Origin: Octopus bimaculoides
Taxonomy: Eukaryota
Length of the DNA: 63,962 nt
NCBI RefSeq assembly: GCF_001194135.2
Contig: NC_068981.1
Span: forward strand, 38,742,278 to 38,806,239
Direction: 5' to 3'
Shown here in pieces: positions 10,237 through 23,773 of the stretch. The translations under genes were made by a program, and so were the position numbers. The notes beneath the pieces are model-generated. The model did no database searches, was not told where the DNA came from, and saw only the letters and a program-made list of their open reading frames with translations. Within the stretch, counting starts at the first letter, position 1, and every line of letters starts with the position of its first letter.

Positions 10237-11028
10237 TCCCTGAAAATATGAAAGGCAAAGTTGACCTTGGCAGAATTTGAACATAGAATATAATGATAGA
10301 CAAAATGCTGCTAAACATTTTACCCGGAGGACTAACGATTCTGCCAGCTCACTGCCTTTACACACGTATATTTATTAAAAATCAAAATGAAGAAAATGCT
10401 TGCAGAACATTATCGTGGATAAAAGTAAGAAACTATTAACAATTTTATGAAAATATGCTACTGGTTTCAACCAGTTTACAAATATATTTTAGTCATGTTG
10501 AAATGAAGAAAAATGTAATTCGAAATAAATTAAATTAATCTTTCATGATATCAGTTTTGGAAGTTCATTCAGCCGAATGATAATCATACAGTATTTAGGG
10601 CTAGAAAGAGAAAAAGAGGCATGTTGGGAAACTTCCAAGATGTGCAGGATGAGTGAATGATATGTTACTCCCATCTGCTGTATTGTTATTATTCTGCTGT
10701 TTTTCAGCTAACCTCTGTTGACAGTCATTACCACATTTCCCTGACTTTTTCACCAACTCATGTTAGTCATTGATCACTTCTTCATCCTTCTTCACCATAC
10801 ACTATATTCATACCACGAACCTCATATACCTACATATATATATATATATATANNNNNNNNNNNNNNNNNNNNNNNNNNNNNNNNNNNNNNNNNNNNNNNN
10901 NNNNNNNNNNNNNNNNNNNNNNNNNNNNNNNNNNNNNNNNNNNNNNNNNNNNNNNNNNNNNNTATATATTATAATAAAAGGTAAAAGTCATTGAATGATT
11001 TTACCAAAGGGTCAACACGGAAATAAAA

Positions 11029-11430
11029 ACCTTATAGGTAAATTTTACAAATATTATAATAATTATATACATAATTATAACAAGGGATTTGCTATAAGCC
11101 TCTCCACACACTAGAAAAAATAGATGCCTAAAGATGCTATTACCACATTAAAAACTCTGAAAAATAAAACAGGCTGTAGTCAGGCAAAAGAAAGGTAATG
11201 AAGTAAACTTTTAGTTAACAATGTACACGATCCTGTTTTAAGCTTAAGGCAAAAAAAATTTATACCTACTGCTCTCATCAGCAATGATATTCCATAGCAT
11301 AAATTGACGAGTATCTACACATCTGTATGCGAGCGTCTATTTTTCTAGCATGTGGAGAGGCTTATAGCCAATCACTTGTTATAATTATGTATATAATTAT
11401 TATTATATTTGTAAAATTTACCTATAAGGT
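11029..11430. mobile_element. About 400-bp foldback/MITE with about 95-100 bp TIRs
   Basis: ACCTTATAGGTAAATTTTACAAATA...GCCTCTCCACA..CTAGAAAAA.TAG (11029-11123) is the near-exact reverse complement of 11337-11430. No clear TSD. Confidence 0.85.
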
Positions 11431-13049
11431 AAATGACTGTGTGTAGATATAAATCTACACACAGCCATTATGGATTACTGTAAAGGATTTTACCACAGAT
11501 GTATATTATTTCTTCAAAATCTTTAGCCCAAGTTTGTACCAATGCACATCTATGCCAGTAACTTTTTAAAACAGCTTTTTCATATATTTTTAAACAGCAT
11601 TTGAATGACTACACAGAAATTCACCCTTTTTCTCTGACGACTGGATGTATTACCTAATAATGATTATCAATTTTAGATTTCATTCTGAAGGGTAATACAT
11701 TCATTAAACTTTTTAAATAATCATACTTTATTTATTTATATATCTATTAATACCTTATCATTTGGGATGATTTTTTATGTAAATTTTCCTGCTGCTACTT
11801 TATTAAATATAATCGCTCTTATTAAATGTCTAAATACCTTTAAGGTTTATATATATATATATGTATATATATATGCATCAAAGTAGTATTTAATTCAAAT
11901 AGCCATCCATGTATCACACCTAATAAATATACACTGCTGATAGCCCAGTTACTGCAGTATTTGTCCTGAGATAACTTCTCTTATTTACTTAGTGTGTTTT
12001 AAAAAACAAAAGCTATAGATTTCAGAGAGCGGGACTAAAATTTGTGCTGCCTGCTGCCAATAAGAGTGCTAGATGCATTTGGTTGTTTTCAGCAGTGAAA
12101 ATACCCAGCCACATACTCAGATGAGAATTCATTGTATCTGATAAAAGAAAAAGGAAATAAAACATTCACTTATGCTGCATATAGCTACCCAGTTGATTGA
12201 AAAATAGATTTATATTCTCTGCATGATAAATATGGAACAAAATTAAAACAACTTTAAATGTCACACAAAAGAAAAATATGTAGAGTAACTATGAGCATAT
12301 GTAAATTTGGCAAGTTTGTAAATAAATAAACATGCATACTTTTAGAGAGAAGCATGCATCTCTCCTATTTTACTCTGTTGTGCAGAGGATTGCAAATGGT
12401 TTAAGTATATTGTCTCTTTTCACTGTGTGGCTACATGCATATTTATTAAATGTATGCATGAATATTTATTTAGAAATAGAAATAACCACAAACACACTGC
12501 CTCAGTAGTATGTGAATGCATATTTATGTTATGTATGTATATTTACAATCACAAACCATTAAGTTTAGGCTCTTCAAGTTACCATGGAGAATACAAGAAG
12601 AAAAATTATGTAACTCGTGTTTCCCTGATGTTAATAAAATTTATTTAAATTGGTTAAAATTAATTGGATTGTTGCAAATGGAATCTGCTCAATTTATCGT
12701 TTCAATTAAACAATATGCAAACTGCTTTATACGTGTGTGTAGAAAATCATTGTTTCTTCATAAGATTAAAATATGCACAAAATGGATTCCCTGCATTGCT
12801 ATAACAACTCAGGATTTTATGATATGTGAAGTCGTGGTGCTCATGCTTTGTCAATGATGTTGATGATGTGAAACCATTTTAAACTGAAACTGAAAGTATT
12901 ACCAAAAATATCACGAATCTTTCAACACTCCTTGATGTCTGACTGGAAGTGATGTAGAGAGAATCATGCTTCCCAGTGTTAAATGAGTTTTTTTTTTGAG
13001 AAGTTAATGAGTACATTTGATTAAATCAACTCTTAGATAGCTGTAAGCA

Positions 13050-13200
13050 TGAAGCTGTTCTGCTTATGAACTTTGTAACATGGTTCTAGGTATCAACTTC
13101 TATTCTGGTATTGTGGGCAAGAAACTTCTGCTATAGCTTCAGGTTGATCAGTAACTTGTGGGAAGAATTTGGCAGACAGAAAGTATGCAGAAGCCCTTTG
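13050..13200 (+). mobile_element. SINE family B fragment
   Basis: catggttctagg...gggcaagaaacttctgctatagc...gaatttggcagacagaaa matches family B. Confidence 0.55.
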
Positions 13201-13344
13201 CCTATTTAATGCATACATGCATAATTATATACATACATAATTACATACACCCACAGACACACATACCATCATCATAATCATCCTTTAACATCCATTGACT
13301 AAATATATATATATTAATAAGTTGGTTATATATATGGCCATATA

Positions 13345-13384
<40 letters not shown>

Positions 13385-13394
13385 NNNNNNNNNN

Positions 13395-13435
<41 letters not shown>

Positions 13436-13600
13436 AACATACACACATACACATGCACTCATGCACACACACACACACATGCTCAGAGAGACAGATTGAA
13501 AGATAATTAGAGTGACTTATCTTATATTGTGTCTCTTGATATCCTATAACTTAGCAGTAAGATAAACTGAAGTTAATAATATAGGTATTATACTGAATTA

Positions 13601-13808
13601 CGAGGGAGTGATGAAAAGTTCCTGGCTTTAAATTTATTGCAAAAAGCCTGGTTGGAGAGCCAACCTTCCAAGTTCTTTTACAGGGCTTAGTAAAATTGAA
13701 GGACTGCTGTAATAAGTGTGTGAATCTGTATGTTGAATAAAATCATAATTAACTAATCCTCCTGTATTTTCTTTTACCAAAAGCCAGAAACTTTTCAGCA
13801 CCCCCTTA
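13601..13808. mobile_element. Mariner-derived MITE (about 200 bp)
   Basis: TA then CGAGGGAGTGATGAAAAGTTCCTGGCTTT ... AAAGCCAGAAACTTTTCAGCACCCCCT. The interior retains a mariner transposase C-terminal remnant. Second copy at 26420. Confidence 0.85.
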
Positions 13809-15879
13809 TGTATGCTGGGATCAATGTTATCCTCTCAACTTTTGAAAGTTTTGCACCAGCATGGGTGTAAAAGAATAAAATATATTACTGGTATTGAGAA
13901 TTATTTCATCTCAGATGTGTAAAAAGAATTAAATATTTAAGCATTGTAAAATATAAAATATAGGATGTTCATGTTTTGAGAGATGAGATGAATTTTGATG
14001 ATTCAGTATGGTTCTTTTAAATATTAAGTTTACTTTTTCTACCCTCTCCTAATCATTTGTATTTCCAATAAAATGAATTTCTAAAGAAAGTAAATAGATC
14101 CCTTTTGTATGTAATATTCATGTATACAGAAAACAAAGATCACTGACTTTTCTCTGTTACTATGTGTTCCAAATTGGAAATGGCTACAACATGTCATGAA
14201 ATCCTATGAGACTTCTCTAACCCATAACAGCATAGATAAATACATCTAAAATGAAGATTATATTGATGATGATTCCCTGGAGGATGTCACAGTTTTAACA
14301 GCTAAATTAGAAGTATTCTGATTAAACAGACAAAGAAAATATAAAATCACTGATTATAATAATTGCAAAGAAATCTCTCCTTAACATAAAGCATAGAAAG
14401 AAGCCAGTGTTACCACAAAGTTCAAGTGTTTTCAGTTGAAGCAATGATAGTGTTAATATGATTGTTTATTGTAACAAATGTTAAAACCTATTAATATTCA
14501 AAATTGTCAGTTGTTAATTGATAACATTATTAATATTTTTTTAAGTTACAATGTAATCTTTATAACTTCAGGCAAATTGATATTTTGGAAAAATATGGTT
14601 TAAGTTTCATTGTAATTTCTTGAAAATGGCTTCAACTTTATTGATTAAGAGCTCCAGATTTTGAATATTAAAATATTAAATTTTTATTATATATTTTTGA
14701 ATTTTTGCTTTGCCAGTGTGTTCCTCTGTCAATCTTACCGAACTTTCAAAATTCTCAACTCATTACAGCCTGTTGATGGGCTACCAAATTTTTACTGAAG
14801 AATTTTTATATGACATAGCCAACACAACACATAACGCACAAAACCCCCTACAAGTGGCCTACAAGCACGCTCCTTCTTCTCTTTGCCTTTCAGTCACTAA
14901 TATAAAAGCTGCTTTTAGTTTTTGAACAAATAGTCTGCATACTATAATTGCTCAAAGTCAACTAATGTCTTTCTTTCTACCTAATTTTATTGTAGCTTTC
15001 TTCAACTTATGCATTAAGCACTCCCTGCTTAGAACCACAGCCATCATAAATTCTCTCACTATCCATGTCTTTCTTACAGAGGTCAACTACATTAACATCA
15101 CTTGTTTTAGTAGGACTAACAATTTCATAAATAATGACCCTTCACTTGCAAATTGAAAATGCTAGTGGATTATTGCCATCTAACAATGGTATTTACATGA
15201 CTACAAACAAAAAATGTTCTTTTCGTATTTTTCCTTTTATGTTCGTACTTCACATGAAATTGCAATTAGACATGCTTAAATTCAATCTGAATTAAAATCT
15301 CTAGTCATCTTACATAAAAGTATTAAAAACTCACTCTAATGTTTTAAGGCAATATGTAAACAAACACCCACACACAACCATGCCATGTGTGTGTGTGTGT
15401 GTGTGTGTGTGGATAGATAGATAGAGAGATATGTAAAAGTAAGACCCAAAGATCAGGGTGTAGGAATTTAGTGAGCTTCAAGCAATCTGTAGAAGATATA
15501 AAAAACGACTTTCAAGAACAATAGTGGTTTAGTGGTGCAGAAGTTCATGAATTTTTCCATATTGAAGTATGATAAGCTGCAGAAAATTAATTTTATAGTT
15601 CACAGTTAGCAACAGAGGTTGTATAAGCAAATAAACATTCAAAAGTTAAGTAAGGAGTAGATAAATTCCAGGCTACGTATGTTCCATAGCTAGCAGAACC
15701 TTGGAAGTATTAAATTATCCAAACGAGAGGCAGACTACAAGCTACTCTTCAGGCTAAAGACACCTTAATTATATGAAGTTTACATTGTTTTTGGGAGATA
15801 CCATGTTAACTTGTTGGGGATTCAATTGCGTTAACATGGGATCTGCCAGTGACAATGTAAACATCATGAAATATATAGA

Positions 15880-16700
15880 CAAACGACTCAAATACATAAA
15901 CAAGAGAAAAAATAGAAAACAGGACAAGTAAACACAGAGAAACAACCCTTCATCAGTTGTCAGCTGTCTATCTACTCTTCATTTTGAGCATTCATATATA
16001 NNNNNNNNNNNNNNNNNNNNNNNNNNNNNNNNNNNNNNNNNNNNNNNNNNNNNNNNNNNNNNNNNNNNNNNNNNNNNNNNNNNNNATATATATATGTATA
16101 AACTTATCAGAATGAGATAAAAATCTTCAAAATTAAAAACAAACACAGGGAAAATAACAAAGGCAACAGGATGTACACAGTAAATGAATCAGATTGATTC
16201 CCAGAGAAATTTTAAGATGGGAAAAAGTGGTAAAGTGACATTTTGAGCATGGCTCTTCATCAGTAAGAGGAAGGAGGAAAAAACCAAAGAGAAGGAAGAT
16301 AATAGTCCAAGACAAGCATGTGTGTCATTACATGGTTGTATATTAGGACCTCAAAGTAAATATAAGGAAGACTGGAGCTTTACTTAGGAGAAAAATCAAT
16401 ATACATGCAGCAAAAATGCCCAAACATACACAATCTTCCCCGACATATATAATATGCACACAAGTGATGTAATGGAATAATAGGAAGGCTAACAATAAAG
16501 GCAGCCATCAAATGTGGCAAATGTACAGGTGCAATAAATTTTAGCACACCATAGATGCATCGTGTCACCATATGAGTTTTCTCCCCTGTACTAACAGAGC
16601 AGTGGCAGGGGAACCAACTCTAGAAAAAAATGCAGTATACTAAAAGGCTAAGCATGGAGATAATCCAAAAAACTGGCTTTCATGAATGTCCAGGCAGCTA
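15880..16700 (-). mobile_element. Degenerate Penelope-like element remnant with decayed hammerhead (16236-16266)
   Basis: Minus strand HYITCVHIIYVGED resembles the IYCI.C..C...YVGET GIY-YIG motif. CTGATGA-A-GAGC cat GCTC-AAAATGTC looks like a CpG-decayed GCTCGAAACGTC. Confidence 0.45.
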
Positions 16701-16859
16701 AAATGCATTAACAATTTCAGTTACCTAGATGACATAATTAGTAGTAAGGATAGAGGTTCTGAAACAAGAGTGAGAATAACTTGCAAAAACTGTTCAAGGA
16801 GCTTCTGTCCCCATTGGTGATAGGAATCACATCCAATCATTTATTCTGGCTACACTTTT

Positions 16860-17600
16860 CAGTGGCGGTGTAAAGAATTTCCAGGCGTTCGGTTAAACAG
16901 ATCGCACTGTATATTGGTAGAGTTGTAAGAAGTTGTTTTTGCGAGTATGTGCGATTCTAATCTATATTCTATATTTTTTTGTTTTTTGTCCTTAAGCTCC
17001 CAGATATAGCTACTAAGCCCTGTTGAATTTGCCTTACTCCTTTTTCTGAAGTTAGATTGGTGTGCGATGTACCTAAGTATCATTTGGTTTTTCGTGGCTC
17101 CTATATATGATTTTATATGGCTATTTGTGTGTATGTTACATTGGTAAACTACGTTTTTAGTCTTGCATCTGTTAGAGAATTGGCACTTCTATCCCTACAG
17201 CCGCATAAATTATTAGGTATATTTGTGTTCGTGCTGTGTTGGGGGAGGACTATTACTACTCTGGCCTTTGTCTGTATTGCTAGGAGCTGCTTTATTAGTG
17301 GTGGGATTTGTTCTATTAGTCTATTGGTTGTTAGATTTATTGTACCTAATTTTCTTAGTTTCATAGAATGTGTCTAGTTTTTTATTATTAATCGAGTATA
17401 TGATGGTAGCTAGGTTACTAGCAGACTGTGGCCAACTCTAATTTTATTCCTAAATATTGCTGCATATAATTTGAACTACAGTTTACCTGCTGAATTACCT
17501 GCTACTGTATACCTTTTACCAAGGACTGTACCTACGCAGGTAATCACCAGGAGCACCTTTAGATTTAACCACCCCATAGAGGTTTTAAACACCTCTAACT
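16860..17600 (-). mobile_element. Penelope-like retroelement remnant: linker and GIY-YIG endonuclease
   Basis: Frameshifted translation IFRNKIRVGHS...NLCGCRDR...NVVYQCNIHTNSHIKSYIGATKNQMILRYIAHQSNFR...STGLSSYIWELK contains the VVY..YIG.T...RY..H and ST.LS.YIW.LK motifs. Confidence 0.85.
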
Positions 17601-17755
17601 TATACCTACATAACTTATTGACCATCTAACAATTCATTACATTATAATTTAATATAATATACTATAAATATAATAGAAGATGATATAGCCAATTTAAAAA
17701 CCCAACAATTTGTTTCAACTTATATACATTATTTGATTTATAAACAATTCATATC

Positions 17756-17795
<40 letters not shown>

Positions 17796-19529
17796 TAGGT
17801 AGATTGATAGATAGATAGATACATACATACATACATTAATATGAGTATGCATATGTGTATACACACAGACACACACACACACATGTTCCTAATAGCTAAA
17901 ATAACAACAGTAACTGAGTATATGATGTTGTCAAATATTTATTTATTAAAAAAAACATCAAGCTGACTGTGATTTTGTTGTTTCTCCGATGATGGTTCTC
18001 CCAGAAAAAAAGATATCCTCATGATATGTAGTTAGTGTACAGAGTTTTGGACTCCTAATACTTTAGACCTCTAAGACTAACACTTAAGCTTCAAGAGAAT
18101 GTCTGAGAAAACATACTTGATGAAAATTTGAAGTTGATTATGTGTGTGTGTGTGTGTGTAGAATATATCTATTTACTTCTATAACTATATATATAGAGAG
18201 AGATAGAGAGATAGATAGATAGATACAGATGCCTATCTATTTATCTCTCTATCTATCTCTCTCCCTATATATATATGGATAGATAGATATAGAGAGATAT
18301 ACATACTTACGTATAGATATAGATATATATATAGAGAGAGAGATATACGTACATATGCACACATGCACATACATATACACATATCTCGGTCATTCTCATA
18401 AGCATATTTCCAAACTTAGAAGTAGTAATGGTGTTTATTGTGAGTGTGGATAAAGAAGAATATGCTATGAAATAAGTTAGAGATTGGCAATATAAAGATA
18501 AAAAGGAATACCAATATTCAAAATGCACAGTCACATGTTTCCTTTATGTGGTTAACTTTCTGATTGGCATAGTAAAAACAGAGTCACCTGTTTATTTTGC
18601 TACAATATTCTGTGAAGTTGCAAATGTACAGATGTAATATAGAAAGCAAGTGTGAATGATTAAACAAGTTGAATGTTGTGGGAATTAAAAACTAATCATG
18701 GAACAGCTGAGATAATAAATAATTCTTGCTATATTGGAATTGGTAATTTTCTGGCTCTGCACAAGGAAACATTTCAAAGAACAGAAGATGGAAATGTAGT
18801 TTATCTTTGACAATTTATGAAGCTTTCTAGCCAGTATCTCTGATATAGAAGTCATACTCGCCTTATCATTTAGTGGCATATGTAATCATAATGTAATTTG
18901 ATTTATCACTTCCAAGTGATAGTATTATAGTCACAGAGGTTATCACTTATACCTTCATTACTATTTCTGTAGCGAGTCACACAGATTAGTGATACGCTTA
19001 ACTGCAAGCTAAATCCATAAACTAGTTTGTATTTGCTATTTGAACAACTTAATTTTCTCTTGATCTCTAATATTTTAAAGAAAAACATGGATGCTACTAA
19101 TTTGTATTTGCCACCACAAGAAATAGAATCACAAAGGCTTCAGGATTATATAAGAAATTATGTAGTAAGTACCATAAAATGAAAATGCACTTCTAATTAG
19201 CTAAGACAGGGATTTGGATTCATTTTCTAATAAGAATTATAGTTAAAGTGCTTGGATACAATCCTTTGTAATTATCTTTCACATTTCTTTTATGAAAAAA
19301 TATCTTGGATTCTCTGACCAGCAAAATTAAATATATGATATCAAATTCAGTTTCATCATCTTCACAAATATTACGTACTTGAATATTATATCAGTACCTT
19401 TAAGGTGTCAGAGAAATAATCTCTCTCTAATATGTACATTTATGTTACCAAGTCTTTATGTGCAAATTACATTTCTAAAAGCTGCAATAACAGAGAATCT
19501 ACTTTTCAAATCTTGTGAAGGTGTTTGGG

Positions 19530-19750
19530 CTAGTAGCTAGGGTGTTTTATCATGATCATAAGGTTGTGGTTTCAGTTCCTGGAGGGAGCAGCATGTTGTG
19601 TACTTGAACAAAGCACTTTATTTCCATATTGTTCCACTCTATTCAAATATAGTCGGTACTATAGAGGTGCTTGTATTTCACTCTCTCTCTCCCTCCACCT
19701 ATTATATACTGCTGGGTTAAGACTACATTACTACATAGGCATATAAAACA
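19530..19750 (+). mobile_element. SINE family C (contains a gttgtgtacttgaacaaagcactt central motif)
   Basis: tRNA-like head, then a motif resembling the GTTGTGTCCTTGAGCAAGGCACTT core of deeply conserved metazoan SINEs. Superfamily not verified. Confidence 0.45.
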
Positions 19751-21420
19751 ATTAGTGAAAGCATGATAAATTTGAACAAATCATTTTTTGCTTGTGATTG
19801 AAAACTAGCTCTACTCTCTAGTCTCTCTACCACTCATCCTTGGCATTTAGACAACAACATCCAGTTGGTCTGGTTTAAAACCTCTCTTCATTTCTTCAAG
19901 ATCACATTCTATCACTATTTCATCTTTAACTTCTCTATTCACTTACTTATCTCAGCCTATACTATGGGAGGATCATCTAACCATTCTTTCATCAAAGTAT
20001 GCAGCCCTACATTACATTGTCTTCTTACCTGAGAGGCTTTCTATTATTTCTGGTGAACAAATCAGCAAACTCTACATTAATCTTAAAGTAAGACAGTTAA
20101 GAGGAAGTTTGAACCCATTTTTATGCACATATATCATATCCTCATTTAGAGCCCACAACCATAAATTCTCAAAGTGACTTTATCATATGGGACACAGTGT
20201 GATAGTCTGGGCATATAATTTCTTTCTGGTTAATCTATTTTTGTATGACTCGACATTTTGGTAGTAGCCACAGCAGATGTAGGCAAAGTAGTCTTAATCA
20301 GAGCATAATAATTGCCGGTCCTTTGCACTTATAATTGGTTGAGTGTTTGGGGGCCAGTGAGGCTACTGATGTGCAATAAATTTGCATGCATGCATGTGTG
20401 TGTGTGTGTATGTGCATGCATGTGCACACGTGAATGTGTGTCTGTGTATTTTGTTGTCATTGTTTAGCCCAGGTCAGCTCTGACTGAACAGGCCTATAAT
20501 CAAAGGCATTCCAGTGTGTTCTTTTCTCCAGCAATATAAAAGCATATTGGCTAATATTACTTTCTTCATTCATAATGACAACCTGGTCTGACTCGAAGGA
20601 AATGGGACTGCTATTTCTAGTAGACTGAACCACTACGTCAATGCTCCTAATTTTGGCTTGCATTATCTTTAGTTTAATGATTTACTGAATTTCAAGCTCT
20701 CTTTTGTTGTTAGTAAGAAGAAAGACAATTGTTCTTTAGTTCAAATCAGGCCATCTTTATAGAGGAGACACGAGACAAAGGTATTCCAGACATGATCATC
20801 CAATTATTTTGTTTAATATTGTTCAACGTGTTCTGTTTTTCAAACAAATGAATGGGAATACAGGGAGATTTGGATATTGTTCTTTGCAAGTCAAGTGATT
20901 ATGTACAGGCACCCTTGTTGGGAAACAATCAACCTGCCACCCCTTTAAGCCTGTTGTTTTCATGATTTAATATGAGATAAATAATGTTGTATTTAATATG
21001 AGATAAGTAATGTTGTATCTTAAATAATTCTGCCTCTCTTAGTATATAAAAAAGCATGAGGAAAATAACGTTTTATGAAGCATTTAAAATTTTGAATTTG
21101 AACTGTGTGGGTACATGCATGTGTGTGTGAGATAGTATGTGTTGATTGTATTCACTGTTTGAATAATTACTAGCTAAGTCAGCCAGTATGAAACCATTCG
21201 TACAAGGTAAAGGAATTAGATTTTATTACAGAATATATTATCTACATTTCCGATGCCAAAAATTCCAGTTCATTATGAACATGTGTGTTTATACATTTAT
21301 ATATTTTAATATTTTACTTAAACATTGTGATGGTAATAACTTGGTCTCTTACACACATAGACATACACACTCACACACACACATACTTACACACACACAT
21401 ACTCATTCATACACACTGTG

Positions 21421-21451
<31 letters not shown>

Positions 21452-21761
21452 ATATCTATGTATATATATATATATATATATATATGCGTGTGTGTGTGTG
21501 TTTGTGTATGTATACACATACACGTACATATTCCTATTCAAATATATATAGATGTGCATACACACACACACACATATATACTGAAAGGAAGAAGGAGAAA
21601 AAGAAGGAGAGAGAGACTTTGATTATAGAACCTTTAAATTGAAAACTGAATAGCAGTTCTGGTAACTTGAAAAAGGGAAAATGCTTTTCGTCTGTAACTG
21701 CCTATAAGTGTATTGAAGCATAATGCTGCAGTCTTTACAATGACAAGTGTTATAATAATAA

Positions 21762-21792
<31 letters not shown>

Positions 21793-22981
21793 AATAATAC
21801 CTGTATATATCGAAATGTAGTTACTTTACATCGTAGCTTAACTAATACATTTATTTAAGAACTTGATCAGTTAAAAAGCATAGATTTTTATGAATACACG
21901 TGTACTCTCTCCTCATATACATATATATGTGTGCATGTGTGTGCATGCGTCTGTATGTATGTATATATATATTTTTAAATAGTAGCTATACGTATGTATG
22001 TTCTAGGTATTCTCATTTGGAAAATGAAAAGACCAATCTGGTTGAAATGATTCATTGAGTTGTATGTCGAAATATTGAAATAATAATAATAATGATGATA
22101 ATAATAATAATAATAATAATGATAATACTGATAATAATAATATATGGGGGGGAGCAAGAAAGAGAGACAGTTATAGACACACACACACATAATATAAACA
22201 TGTATATACATATATACATATACATATATACATATACATACATATATACACATATATGAATATATATATATATATTCGTGTGTGTGCATGTGTATACACA
22301 CACACACATATACATACATATGTATGTATATGTATTTATGTACACACATACACATAGAGGCAGGATATATGATACAGGGTAAGAGAGACATGAAAGAAAG
22401 AAATGTATGTGGTTTTTGTTACAGTTCACTGAGTCCTATAAAATTAGAAATAAATTGGATTCAAACAAGCTAAATTAGATTGTAATAAAACATATCAGAC
22501 ATTTATTTGAGTTAAGATTTGGTTAGTATGGTATATAAGCATTGGTTGAATAGCTTCCATGTATACATATTAGACTTTAGGGAAAGAAGCAGTGGCTTGG
22601 TAAAGAAAAAAAAAAATTCAAACTCAAAGCAAATTTAAGCTAACACAGTAACAGGTGAATGAATTAGAAAAGGATAATGGGCAGAAACATGTTGATAGAT
22701 ATTACTTTTCAAATGCAAAATGCATTGGAGCATAAACATAAAGTAAGAATGTTTATTAAAATAACCAAAAATATAACCTGACTTTGAAGTAAGATATGTT
22801 AATTAACGGTATACTTGTTTAATTAGCAGCTCTTGCTTTGCATTCCAAAATATGTTACGGTTGATAGTGACTGGAAACTGTGTAATCATCTCTACATCAG
22901 GGTTAACTTTTTCCTACATTTTTCAGTTATATAGATTTTAAATTAGCTCGGTCATTTACACAAACATATATACATGTGTGA

Positions 22982-23021
<40 letters not shown>

Positions 23022-23044
23022 ATGCACACACTCACACACACACA

Positions 23045-23086
<42 letters not shown>

Positions 23087-23474
23087 CATATATATATATN
23101 NNNNNNNNNNNNNNNNNNNNNNNNNNNNNNNNNNNNNNNNNNNNNNNNNNNNNNNNNNNNNNNNNNNNNNNNNNNNNNNNNNNNNNNNNNNNNNNNNNNN
23201 NNNNNNNNNNNNNNNNNNNNNNNNNNNNNNNNNNNNNNNNNNNNNNNNNNNNNNNNNNNNNNNNNNNNNNNNNNNNNNNNNNNNNNNNNNNNNNNNNNNN
23301 NNNNNNNNNNNNNNNNNNNNNNNNNNNNNNNNNNNNNNNNNNNNNNNNNNNNNNNNNNNNNNNNNNNNNNNNNNNNNNNNNNNNNNNNNNNNNNNNNNNN
23401 NNNNNNNNNNNNNNNNNNNNNNNNNNNNNNNNNNNNNNNNNNNNNNNNNNNNNNNNNNNNNNNNNNNNNNNNNN

Positions 23475-23520
<46 letters not shown>

Positions 23521-23599
23521 GTTTGTATATATTTATGCATGTATGCTATTGACTCATTCATTCATCCTTCAATGTGGTTAAAACAACCAGCCACAACCG

Positions 23600-23773
23600 G
23601 TTGAAATTCACAGTACAGGTGGAACGATTCATCCTTTTGATCATAGAATATAAAACATGGCTTACAAGACCTTCATTTGGGTGATTTTCCTGATTGCCTG
23701 CTTATCCTTATCTGCCAATCCATCACAAGGTTACCCACTTACAACTGAATGGACTGGAGCAAAGTGAAATGAA
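23600..23773 (-). mobile_element. SINE family C-like fragment
   Basis: gccaatccatcacaaggttaccc...acaactgaatggactggagcaaagtgaaatgaagt is the reverse complement of a conserved SINE central domain, cut off at the inverted repeat that starts at 23774. Confidence 0.45.

Larger units (their letters stand above)
9122..10357 (-). mobile_element. SINE family A split into two halves (about 9122-9181 and 10237-10357) by a nested insertion
   Basis: Left piece ttacatcgaccccagtgttcaactggtact and right piece gaaaggcaaagttgaccttggcagaatttgaac...ctgccagctcactgcct are consecutive parts of the family A reverse complement (compare 58893-59125). Confidence 0.8.

Noticed and set aside
14165-14320. Frames that read through single TAA/TAG stops, suggesting A-to-I stop recoding
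   Set aside because: Expected from degraded TEs and chance; there is no splice or homology support.
14710-15156. About 450-nt plus-strand frame with a single stop
   Set aside because: Low-information composition, no motif, and probably the antisense of a degraded TE; no family assignable.
15940-15990. CTGATGA on the minus strand in a PLE-like context
   Set aside because: No stem II followed by GAAA could be assigned.
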